Below, piece by piece: positions 45,950 through 54,044 of a stretch of 64,000 nucleotides of DNA. The number at the start of each line of letters is the position of its first letter. Position 1 is the first letter of the stretch. The DNA is from an uncultured Fibrobacteraceae bacterium (GTDB lineage Bacteria > Krumholzibacteriota > Krumholzibacteriia > LZORAL124-64-63): positions 28,372 to 92,371 of the forward strand of contig CAYTEO010000004.1 in assembly GCA_964436825.1 (NCBI GenBank), in the 5' to 3' direction. A model generated the notes under the pieces. The model saw nothing but the letters and a program-made list of their open reading frames with translations. It made no database searches and was not told the origin of the DNA. The position numbers were made by a program, and so were the translations under genes.

Positions 45950-48900
45950 TTACTTGATCAGGGCCATGCGGTCGGTGAAGACGTGGTCTCCCGCCTCGAC
46001 GCGGTAGAAGTAGACGCCGGTCGGCATCTCCCGGCCCGCCTCGTCGCGGCCGTCCCACTGGACCGTGTGGACGGCCGCGGGCAGGCGCGCGTCCAGCAGG
46101 GTCCGGACCAGGTGCCCGGCCACGTCGTAGACCGCCACGCGCGTGCGGCTCTCCGCCGGCAGGGCGAAGCGGATCGTCGTCGTCGGGTTGAACGGGTTGG
46201 GGAAGTTGGGCTCGACGGCGAAGGCGCGCGGCACGCCGGGCAGCTCGCCGTCGTCGACACCCGTGCCCGCGCTGCAGCCCTGGCCCAGGGCGCCGATCTG
46301 GCCGCACCCGCCGCTGTTGCCGGCCAGGCACGGCGAGGTGTCGAACAGGGTGTAGTCGCCGGCGCCGGCGTCACAGAACTCGGGGTCGACCGACACGTTG
46401 CCCGCGGTGCCGGTGGGATCGGTGACGCCGTCGTAGTCGGCGGTCTGGTTCCCGTAGACGTCGTTGCAGTCGAAGGTGGGGCTGGCCGACGAGACGTGGA
46501 TCCCGTTGGCCACCGATGCCGACCCGGTGTTGAAGGCCACGATGTTGTGCGAGACGGCCGCGTCGGTACCCTGCAGGTACATCCCCCCGCCGCCGCCGCT
46601 GGAGAAGTTGTCGGCGAACGTGTTGCCGCTGACATCGGCGACCGGCACGCTGATCAGGTAGAGGCCGCCGCCCACGTAGTTGCCCGAGTTGCCGGCGACC
46701 AGGGAGGCGGTCAGGCTGAACGAGGCGGTGGCGTTGGCCACGATGCCGCCGCCGAACAGGCCCGTGTTGCCGGTGACGGTCAGGCTGTCCAGCTGGACCG
46801 TTCCCGAGGTGGCCAGCAGGGCGCCGCCGTACATGAACGTGCCGTCGGGGGTGACGGAGTTGCCGGTCAGGGCCACGGCCGTCAGCCGGAGCAGGTCCCC
46901 CTGGAACAGCAGTCCGCTCCCGTCGCCCTTGCTGGAGTTGCCGCTGATGCTGCCGCCGTGGGCGGTCAGCTGCATCCCGCCAGCCGAGTTGACGGCGTAG
47001 ATGCCGCCGCCGCTCTCCAGACCGGTATGGCCGGAGACGGTGCAGTCCTCAAGGGTCAGATCGGCGTCGACGGCATAGATGCCGCCGCCGAGGGGAGGTG
47101 TCGTGTTGGCGGCCAGGCCGGTGTTGTCCTCGATGACGCAGCCGCTGAGCGTCGGGGCGCCGCGGTAGACGTGGATCCCCCAGCCGTGGACGGCGCTGTT
47201 GCCGTGGACGTGGACGTTCTCCAGCACGGCGTTGGAGTCCTTCAGCAGGATCCCGCCCCCGCTGCCCAGCTGGCTGGCGCTGCCGCAGGCGTTGCCCGTC
47301 ACTTCCAGGTTGCGCAGGGTGGGCGAGGCGTTGGACACGATGATCCCGCCGCCGAAACGGCCGCTGAACGGGATGTTCGTGAAATAGTTCCCGCCTCCGC
47401 CGGTGCAGCGGAAGCCATCGACCACGACATCCGGACCGGCGGCGGCGTCGAACTGCAGGGTAGTCCCGGTGGCGATCCCCTGGATGATCGTCGGGTTGCC
47501 GAGCGGATCGCGGCTCCCGTACCCGCCGTCCCAGCCGCCCAGGTAGAGGAGCGCCTTGTCCGGCAGGGTCAGCGGACCGGCGACGACCGTCCCGCCGGTG
47601 AAGGCGATCGTGTCGCCGGGTGCCGACTCGTTGACGGCGTCGAACCAGTCCTCGAACTCGTCGGGCACCTGCTGGAAGTTGTCGCCCAGGGCCCGCAACA
47701 GGTTGATGCGGCCGGACCCGAGCAGGCCGACGTAGGAGGGATTGGCGTCGTCGACGGAGTCGCAGGTGCTCAGCAGCAGGTCCTGGACCTGGGTCGCCGT
47801 CCAGTCGGGATGGGCGGACCAGATCAGGGCCAGGGCCCCGCAGGTGATCGGCGAGGCGAAGGAGGTCCCGTTGACACTGGCGTAGGTGTGGGCTCCCGTC
47901 GTGTGGTCGTACCAGGTCGACTTGATCCCCTCGCCGGGCGCGCACAGCTCGATCCAGCTACCGTAGTTGGAGAAGCTGGATTTCTGGTCGCTGGCGTTGA
48001 CGGACGCCACCGACAGGACGTAGGGATGGGTGCCGTAGTACTCGGCGACGTCCGAGTCGTCGTTCCCGGCGGCGTTGACGATGATGGCGCCCTGGTTGTG
48101 GGCGTAGTCGGTGGCGTTGGCCAGGTAGCTGCTGGTCCCCCAGCTGCAGTTGAGGATCCGGGCACCCTTCTGGACGGCGTACATGATTCCCTGGGAGGCG
48201 TAGAGCATGGAGACGACGCCCAGGCTGGAGCCGTCGGGCAGCCAGCCCACGCGCACGGCCATGATCTTGACGCCGCCGGCGACACTGGCGATGCCCAGCC
48301 CGTTGTCCATGACCGCCCCGACGGTCCCGGCGCAGGCCGTGCCGTGGCTCTCGTAGTCCATGGGGTCGTTGTCCGGATCGAAGACGTCCTCGTCGGGGTA
48401 TCCGTCGCCGGAGTTGACGAAGTCCCACCCGCGGATGTCGTCCACCTTGCCGTTGCCGTCGTCGTCGAAGTTGGGCAGGCCGTTGTATTCCGGCCAGTTG
48501 ATCCAGATGGCGTCGGCCAGGTCGGGATGGTGCCAGTCGACGCCGGAGTCGATGATGGCCACGATGACGTTGCTGTCGCCCAGCGCCTCGGCCCAGCCGC
48601 CCACGGCGCGGATGTCCTTGCCGCCCATCGTCGTGTTGCGCAGGTACCACTGGTAGGGCAGCTCCGGGTCGTTGGGCAGGGGACGGTCGACGTAGTAGAG
48701 TTCGTCCTTGAGGACCTGGCTGACCTCGGGCAGCCTGGCGAAGTCGGCCATGGCGGCGTCGAGATCGGCATCCGGGGCCAGGGAGACGACCCACTCCCGG
48801 CTCATGTCGAAGCCGCCGGTCTTGTCAGGGGTCGGCGCGGTGGGGTAGGCCTGTTCCAGGCCGCGGACCCGGTGCGTCTCCATCAGGGTGCGCAGGCGGG

Positions 48901-49078
48901 GATCGTCGGGCACGAGGCCGCCGGCGCTCTTGACGCCGCTGGGCGCGTACCCGGGTTCGAAGCGGACGATGAAGTGATGTTTGGCGTAACCGGCAAAGCC
49001 GCCGGCGCCGGCCGTGACGGCCAGGGTGAGCGACATCAGGGCGGCCGCCAGGGCGAGACAGCGGGAGAGACGGTTCAT
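45950..49078 (-). CDS. S8 family subtilisin-like serine peptidase with beta-helix repeat region and T9SS/Por-type (FlgD-Ig-like) C-terminal sorting domain
   Basis: Signal peptide MNRLSRCLALAAALMSLTLAVTAGA. I9-like propeptide. Catalytic triad motifs VAIIDSGVD, HGTACAGTV, GTSFASPITCG. Long Gly/Asn-rich parallel beta-helix. CTD NPFNPTTTIRFALPAESRTRVAVYDVAGHLVRTLLD…GVYFYRVEAGDHVFTDRMALIK. Confidence 0.85.
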   Translation of the reverse strand: MNRLSRCLALAAALMSLTLAVTAGAGGFAGYAKHHFIVRFEPGYAPSGVKSAGGLVPDDPRLRTLMETHRVRGLEQAYPTAPTPDKTGGFDMSREWVVSLAPDADLDAAMADFARLPEVSQVLKDELYYVDRPLPNDPELPYQWYLRNTTMGGKDIRAVGGWAEALGDSNVIVAIIDSGVDWHHPDLADAIWINWPEYNGLPNFDDDGNGKVDDIRGWDFVNSGDGYPDEDVFDPDNDPMDYESHGTACAGTVGAVMDNGLGIASVAGGVKIMAVRVGWLPDGSSLGVVSMLYASQGIMYAVQKGARILNCSWGTSSYLANATDYAHNQGAIIVNAAGNDDSDVAEYYGTHPYVLSVASVNASDQKSSFSNYGSWIELCAPGEGIKSTWYDHTTGAHTYASVNGTSFASPITCGALALIWSAHPDWTATQVQDLLLSTCDSVDDANPSYVGLLGSGRINLLRALGDNFQQVPDEFEDWFDAVNESAPGDTIAFTGGTVVAGPLTLPDKALLYLGGWDGGYGSRDPLGNPTIIQGIATGTTLQFDAAAGPDVVVDGFRCTGGGGNYFTNIPFSGRFGGGIIVSNASPTLRNLEVTGNACGSASQLGSGGGILLKDSNAVLENVHVHGNSAVHGWGIHVYRGAPTLSGCVIEDNTGLAANTTPPLGGGIYAVDADLTLEDCTVSGHTGLESGGGIYAVNSAGGMQLTAHGGSISGNSSKGDGSGLLFQGDLLRLTAVALTGNSVTPDGTFMYGGALLATSGTVQLDSLTVTGNTGLFGGGIVANATASFSLTASLVAGNSGNYVGGGLYLISVPVADVSGNTFADNFSSGGGGGMYLQGTDAAVSHNIVAFNTGSASVANGIHVSSASPTFDCNDVYGNQTADYDGVTDPTGTAGNVSVDPEFCDAGAGDYTLFDTSPCLAGNSGGCGQIGALGQGCSAGTGVDDGELPGVPRAFAVEPNFPNPFNPTTTIRFALPAESRTRVAVYDVAGHLVRTLLDARLPAAVHTVQWDGRDEAGREMPTGVYFYRVEAGDHVFTDRMALIK

Positions 49079-49080
49079 GG

Positions 49081-49114
49081 CACGGACCTCACTCGTGTGG
49101 CACGGACCTCGACG
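49081..49114. repeat. 12-bp tandem direct repeat (GGCACGGACCTC x2, 10-bp spacer) abutting the S8 peptidase start codon
   Basis: On the minus strand it reads GAGGTCCGTGCC-acacgagt-GAGGTCCGTGCC-ATG. The proximal copy supplies the GAGGT Shine-Dalgarno. Confidence 0.5.
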
Positions 49115-49197
49115 GTTGGCGGGGGCGTACTAGATCGATGTTATTATAGCTCAATTCCCGAGGGGCTACAACGGGCGTGAGCCGGAGGTGGCGACGG

Positions 49198-50334
49198 ATG
49201 CGGGTGTTGCTGCTGGAACCCTACGACGGCGGATCTCACCGAGCCTTCCGGCTGGGGCTGGCCCGGCATTCCCGGCACCGGATCGAGGCGCTGACCCTCC
49301 CGGCCCGTTTCTGGAAGTGGCGGATGCGGGGCGCCGCCGTCTGGTTTGCCGACCGGATCGCCGGGCTGGCCGAGCCCGCCGACCTGCTGCTGGTGACCGA
49401 CTATCTCAACGTGGCCGATCTCAAGGGGTTGCTCCCGCCGTCCTGGCACCGGGTGCCGATCCTGCTCTACATGCACGAGAACCAGCTGACCTATCCCCTG
49501 TCGCCGGAGGAGGAGTTCGATTTCCACTTCGGCTTCACGAACATCGTCAGCTGCCTGGCCGCCGACCGGGTCGTCTTCAACTCCGGGTACCACCGCGACC
49601 TGTTCCTGGAATCACTGCCCGAATACCTGGGCCGGATGCCGGAGGCCGTTCCCCGCGACGTCCGCCCCCGCCTGGAGGCCAAATCGACGGTCCTGCCGGT
49701 GGGAATCGAGCGGCGACCGCACCCGTCGGACAGTTTCGCCCCCTACCTGGGCGGACGGTGCGAGCCGGGGCTGGGGCCGGACTGGCCCCGCGGCGGACGT
49801 CGGCACCTGGTGCTGTGGAACCACCGCTGGGAGTTCGACAAGCGTCCCGAACGGTTCCGGCGGGCGATCCTCCGGCTGGCCGACGCCGGTCTGGAGTTCG
49901 ACCTCGCCCTGCTGGGGGACCCCCGCGGGCACGAGGAGGTCTTCCAGCCCTTGCGCGATCGGCTCGGCGAGCGCATCGTGGCGTGGGGACATCAGCCCGA
50001 CCGCGGCGTGTACGAGCGGTGGCTCGAACGCGCCGACATCGTCGTCAGCACGGCGGCCCAGGAGTACTTCGGGATCGCCGTGGCCGAGGCGGTCCATGCC
50101 GGCGCCTATCCCGTCCTGCCGCGGGAGCAGGTCTATCCTTCCCTGTACGGTCGCCGCTGCCGCGGGCGACACCTCTACCGGGACGAGGACGAGCTGGTCG
50201 GATTGCTGACCGACCTGCTGACCGGCGACGGGTGCGGGCACGTCTGTTCCCTGCCCCTGGACGTGGACGAGGCCTGCTGGGAGCGGCTGGCCCCCCGGTA
50301 CGACGAGCTGTGCGAGGAGATGTGCCGCCGATGA
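49198..50334 (+). CDS. DUF3524-domain glycosyltransferase (GT4-like; homologous in architecture to eukaryotic GTDC1/QTMAN tRNA-queuosine mannosyltransferase)
   Basis: GGAGGTG RBS 7 nt before ATG 49198. Hallmark DUF3524 N-terminus MRVLLLEPYDGGSHRAF. C-terminal GT1/GT4-type region …VSTAAQEYFGIAVAEAVHAGAYPVLP… (EX7E-like). Confidence 0.75.
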   Translation: MRVLLLEPYDGGSHRAFRLGLARHSRHRIEALTLPARFWKWRMRGAAVWFADRIAGLAEPADLLLVTDYLNVADLKGLLPPSWHRVPILLYMHENQLTYPLSPEEEFDFHFGFTNIVSCLAADRVVFNSGYHRDLFLESLPEYLGRMPEAVPRDVRPRLEAKSTVLPVGIERRPHPSDSFAPYLGGRCEPGLGPDWPRGGRRHLVLWNHRWEFDKRPERFRRAILRLADAGLEFDLALLGDPRGHEEVFQPLRDRLGERIVAWGHQPDRGVYERWLERADIVVSTAAQEYFGIAVAEAVHAGAYPVLPREQVYPSLYGRRCRGRHLYRDEDELVGLLTDLLTGDGCGHVCSLPLDVDEACWERLAPRYDELCEEMCRR

Positions 50335-51176
50335 GAGAGCGACCCGCCGAACGCCTGGGCGCCTGCCTGCTCGACATCGAGGGGGTCCTGGTACGCGACA
50401 AGCGCTACCGACCCGTCGACGGCGCCGTGGACTGGGTCCGTGGCCTGGTCGACTGCGGCGTCCCCTTCGCCCTGGTCAGCAACAACACGACCCACCCGCC
50501 GCGGGAGCTGGCGGCCGCCCTGGCCGGGGTCGGTTTCCCGGTGACCGCCGATCACGTCGTCTCCGCGCTGGCGGTCGGCGCCCGCCTGCTGGCTGGCTGG
50601 GGCAAGACGCGCCTGCTCTGGCTGGGAAGGCCCGAACTGGCACCGTGGTGGCGGGAGCAGGGATTCGTGACCGACGCCGTCACCGACTGCCAGGCCGTCG
50701 TCCTGGGCCTGAACGAGCAGCTCTCGGTGGCCGACCTGGACCGGGCGCTGTCGCCCCTGGTCGACCAGGAGGCGGAACTGGTCGCCCTGCACCGCAACCT
50801 GTTCTACCTGGACAGCCGGGGCGAGCGTCGCTTCGGTCCGGGCTTCTACTGCGCCGCCCTGGCCGAGGCCGCGGCCAGGGACCCCGTCGTCATCGGCAAG
50901 CCCCACGAGCGGATCTACCGGGAGGGGCTCGAACGGGTGGGGCTCCCCGCCGACGAGGTCCTGTTCGTCTCCGACGACCCGGCGGCCGACCTGGTGACGG
51001 CCGGCCGGCTGGGAATGACGACGGCCTTCGTCCTGTCCGGCAAGCACCCCGATCATGCCGTCCTGGGTCGCCTCGACCAGCAGGAGTGGCCCGACATCAT
51101 CGCCGCGTCGCTGGCGGACGTCACGCCGCCGGAAGGGCCGGCGGGGATCACAGAAGGGAACGGAACGGATGAGTGA
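50331..51176 (+). CDS. HAD-superfamily subfamily IIA hydrolase (NagD-like phosphatase)
   Basis: ATGA overlap with the upstream stop. HAD motif I LLDIEGVL, motif II LVSNNT, and motif III/IV …KPHERIY…LFVSDD. Confidence 0.75.
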   Translation: MRERPAERLGACLLDIEGVLVRDKRYRPVDGAVDWVRGLVDCGVPFALVSNNTTHPPRELAAALAGVGFPVTADHVVSALAVGARLLAGWGKTRLLWLGRPELAPWWREQGFVTDAVTDCQAVVLGLNEQLSVADLDRALSPLVDQEAELVALHRNLFYLDSRGERRFGPGFYCAALAEAAARDPVVIGKPHERIYREGLERVGLPADEVLFVSDDPAADLVTAGRLGMTTAFVLSGKHPDHAVLGRLDQQEWPDIIAASLADVTPPEGPAGITEGNGTDE

Positions 51177-52038
51177 GAGCGCCGCAGTCTCGACCAGGGA
51201 CCAGACCCGCCTGCAACAGCTCTCCCTGGCCGTCTGGGAGATGGAGCAGCTGCCCCGCGAGCAGCTGCGCGAGCCCCTCGTCCGCCGCCAGTACCTGCGC
51301 GCCCAGCAACAGCTGCTGGCCGAGCAGGAGGCGGTCGCCGACATCGCCCCGGAGGCGCGGTCCCGCCTGCTGCTCCGCGAGGAGTCCCCGTCGGCGGCCC
51401 TGCTCGTCCACGGATCCACCGGCGTGCCGTCGGACCTGCAGGGGCTGGCCGACTCGCTCCACGCCTCCGGCCTGACGGTCTGGAACCTGCGCCTGCCGGG
51501 CCACGGCCTGCCCGGCGTGGAGCGCCCGCCCGTCACCTGGCGCGCCTGCGCCAATGCCGTGCGCAGGGCCTTCGGCATCCTGGACCGCTGCCACGAGCGG
51601 GTCCACCTGGTCGGTTTCAGCTTCGGGGCGGCCCTGGCCGTCGTCCTGACCCGCAAGGTCCGACCGGCCTCCCTGGCGCTGCTGTCGCCGGCGCTGCTGC
51701 CCCGCGTGCCGTGGCGGTTCCGGATCCTGCTCTGGCTGCGGATGCACCGGTTGCCGTGGCTGCGTCGCCGCTTCGGCTGGGACCTGGAGGTCCTGGAGGC
51801 CATGCAGCAGGCCCGCGCCCAGATCGGCCGGCTGCGACTGCCCGTCTACGCGGCCCATTGCGACGACGACGAGCGGATCGATCCCGGCTCGCTGCGCCTG
51901 TTGCAGCGGCGGGTCAAGGACCGGGTCTCCCGCTTCCGGCTCTACCCCCAGGGCGGTCACATGATCCTGCGCGCCCACGGCCCGGCGGGACTCTACCGGG
52001 AGATCCAGGATTTCCTGGAGGCCGACCGGGCCCGCTAG
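51169..52038 (+). CDS. alpha/beta-fold hydrolase (esterase/lipase family)
   Basis: Overlaps the HAD stop by 8 nt. Nucleophile elbow HLVGFSFGAALAV (GxSxG). HGSTG oxyanion-type motif. Catalytic Asp/His region …DDDERIDP…GGHMIL. Confidence 0.65.
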   Translation: MSESAAVSTRDQTRLQQLSLAVWEMEQLPREQLREPLVRRQYLRAQQQLLAEQEAVADIAPEARSRLLLREESPSAALLVHGSTGVPSDLQGLADSLHASGLTVWNLRLPGHGLPGVERPPVTWRACANAVRRAFGILDRCHERVHLVGFSFGAALAVVLTRKVRPASLALLSPALLPRVPWRFRILLWLRMHRLPWLRRRFGWDLEVLEAMQQARAQIGRLRLPVYAAHCDDDERIDPGSLRLLQRRVKDRVSRFRLYPQGGHMILRAHGPAGLYREIQDFLEADRAR

Positions 52039-52188
52039 CCTCCCCGTGGCCCGTGTTGCCCGACGCCCGTCGGGGATTGCAAGGTGCCGTCTTGCCCTGC
52101 TGTGGCCCAGGAGGCCCCATCGTTTCCCCGGTTCATGTAACATGGCTCATTGCAACGAGTTGTAGCGATCGTGGCCCGGTCCTGGACG

Positions 52189-52215
52189 GTGCCCGTCGCG
52201 GGCACGTCCATTGCA
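52189..52215 (+). promoter_or_regulatory. sigma-54 (-24/-12) promoter candidate upstream of the HTH / STAS-GAF gene pair, overlapped by a 7-bp GC-rich inverted repeat
   Basis: gGGCACG-tcca-TTGCA (52201-52215) fits the TGGCACG-N4-TTGCW consensus with exact GG-N10-GC spacing. Predicted +1 ~52226, 40 nt before ATG 52266. IR GTGCCCG-tcg-CGGGCAC (52189-52205) overlaps the -24 element. Further upstream lie palindrome CATGTaACATG (52134-44) and repeats CATTGCAAC / CATTGCAGC. Confidence 0.5.
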
Positions 52216-52265
52216 GCGTCCGGCGCGCGAGACAGATCCCCAGCCTCCGGGAGGATACAGACACC

Positions 52266-52484
52266 ATGATCGACACCCAGACGCGCGCCCCGATCTACAT
52301 CGGCGGCGAGGAGAACACGCACCAGGTGATGACCTCCGTCGAGGCGGCCGAGTACCTGCAGATGCACGTCAAGACCATCTGTCGGCTGGCGAAGGAAGGG
52401 AAGATCCCGGCCCGCAAGGTGGGTAGCGAGTGGCGGTTCCTGCGCAAGGTCCTGGATCGCTGGCTCGCCGACGAGATGGAGTGA
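52266..52484 (+). CDS. excisionase-family helix-turn-helix DNA-binding protein (MerR-like HTH_17)
   Basis: GGGAGGAT RBS before ATG 52266. MTSVEAAEYLQMHVKTICRLAKEGKIPARKVGSEWRF matches the excisionase/HTH_17 consensus (LTVxEAAxxLGVSxxTIYRLxxxGxIPAxKVGxxWRF). 72 aa. Confidence 0.7.
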   Translation: MIDTQTRAPIYIGGEENTHQVMTSVEAAEYLQMHVKTICRLAKEGKIPARKVGSEWRFLRKVLDRWLADEME

Positions 52485-52485
52485 G

Positions 52486-53466
52486 ATGCCTCTGACGATC
52501 GAGCCGCAGCGGACTGCCGGGGAGCGCATCGCCGCGTTCCGCGTGACGGGGACACCGGTCCCGGACGAGGGCCGGGACCTGGTGTCCCATCTTCGCGACG
52601 GCATCCCGGACCGGGCGGAGGAGATCCATCTCGACCTGGCCGGCGTCACGGCGATGCCCGACGATCTGGCCAGGGCCCTGGTCTCTCTCTGGCGCGATCT
52701 GCAGGACCGGGGCACCGGTCTGCGGATCACCGGCACCACCGTCGTCGTCGGCTGGGTGCTGGCCCGCCACCTGGGGCCGGTGGCGGCGGAGGTCCTGGGC
52801 GACGAGCGCTGGGCGGTGCTGGCCGGCGGCCGGAAGCGGGCGGGGATCCCTGTCGACAGGCAGGAGCGTCCCGAGCGCGACGTGGCCGTCCGCCTGCAGT
52901 TCCGCCTGCGGGAGGCCGCCGATCCTGTCGCCGTGGAGCGGGAGATCGCCGCCACCCTGACCCGGTGCGGACTGGCGGCAGGGGTCGTGCTGGCGATAAG
53001 CAGCGGCGGCCGCCTCCTCGTGCCCGGAAGCGGGGAGGTCCATCCCGTCCCCGCCTCCGGCTGGCTCGGTTCCCTGCTGGCGAGTGCCGACTGTCCGCTG
53101 GCCACCGACGAGATCGACCTCGCCGGACTGACCCTGGAGGAGCGTGCCCTGCTGAAGTGGTCCGGCGCGGACCTGCTGGTCCCCCTGCTCCACGGGGGCG
53201 AGCTGCGGGGGCTCCTGCTGCTGCGCAGTGGTCGCGAGGCCGGCCTGGCCGGCTACCGGTCGGGAGAGGTGCTGGCCCTGGACCTGCTGGGACGTTCCCT
53301 GGCCGGGCATCTGGCGGCCGTCGCCGGACGCCTGGACGGAACCCTCGTCCCGGGCTCGAAGGTGGAGACCCGGACCTGGGGCGGCACTACCCGCGAGGAC
53401 GGAGCGAGTACCGTCGTCGGGCAGCACGTGGCCGTGGCCGATCCCACACCGGTTGCAGTCTGCTGA
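52486..53466 (+). CDS. STAS-like (anti-sigma-antagonist-like) domain + GAF-like domain protein, function unknown
   Basis: ATG 2 nt after the HTH gene stop. N-terminal …IHLDLAGVTAMPDDLARALVSLWRDLQDRGTGLRITG resembles STAS. Residues ~150-290 (…LAAGVVLAISSGGRLLVPGSGEV…LLVPLLHGGELRGLLLLRSGRE…LALDLLGRSLAGHLA) resemble a GAF fold. High GC3 throughout. Confidence 0.5.
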   Translation: MPLTIEPQRTAGERIAAFRVTGTPVPDEGRDLVSHLRDGIPDRAEEIHLDLAGVTAMPDDLARALVSLWRDLQDRGTGLRITGTTVVVGWVLARHLGPVAAEVLGDERWAVLAGGRKRAGIPVDRQERPERDVAVRLQFRLREAADPVAVEREIAATLTRCGLAAGVVLAISSGGRLLVPGSGEVHPVPASGWLGSLLASADCPLATDEIDLAGLTLEERALLKWSGADLLVPLLHGGELRGLLLLRSGREAGLAGYRSGEVLALDLLGRSLAGHLAAVAGRLDGTLVPGSKVETRTWGGTTREDGASTVVGQHVAVADPTPVAVC

Positions 53467-54044
53467 TCCGTTCCTGGCGTTCCATCGCTCCCTGTCCCGT
53501 TCCTGCGACACACTGCTATCACCATGTCCCTTCCTCGGTTGGGGGCCGTCATCGGTGTGCGGCCACCGGGCTCGTCCGTATGCGGGACAGGTGCGGGCGA
53601 CGGCCGGAGCCTGTCCGGATGGGGGACACCCACGTAACTGTCTGCTGGCGAATACGATAGGGCGACGACGTTGCCGGTCCCGTTCCCTCTGGCCCGTGGA
53701 CGGTCCCTTGCACTCGCGGGGTGGGGGTGACGGTCCCGGGAATGGGAGGCTCGAGGCCGTCACAGGGCAACGCCGGTGCGAGGGGAGGGCGCCTGCCCCC
53801 TCGTACCGGCCACCCACCCCGGCGGATGCTTCCTCACGGGACGGAGACACGGCGGGTCGCTCGCTGCGGCTGAACATCGACCAGCGGGTGGTGCGTCGGC
53901 AGGAGGGATGGGAGCCGCCGGACCATTTCCCCCCGGTCCGGGGACCGCTTCGGCGAAGGAGATCATGATCCCGTGGTGGCGGTCCGGGCGTTCGGCAGCA
54001 CGACCGGCAACTGTCGAACGCCCCGGCTCGCACCGTCGTGTCGC

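Noticed and set aside
45875-49180. 1101-aa plus-strand ORF antisense to the S8 peptidase
   Set aside because: Composition dominated by G/A/V/D/R runs with no motifs, whereas the minus-strand frame has signal peptide, D-H-S triad and CTD.
53467-54044. RNase P RNA, tmRNA or SRP RNA in the long convergent spacer
   Set aside because: I could not find the conserved GGAAAGTCCGG/ACAGAANCCGGCTTA (RNase P), tmRNA tag-reading-frame/T-arm, or SRP domain-IV signatures on either strand by eye. Left as an unexplained region rather than a called ncRNA.
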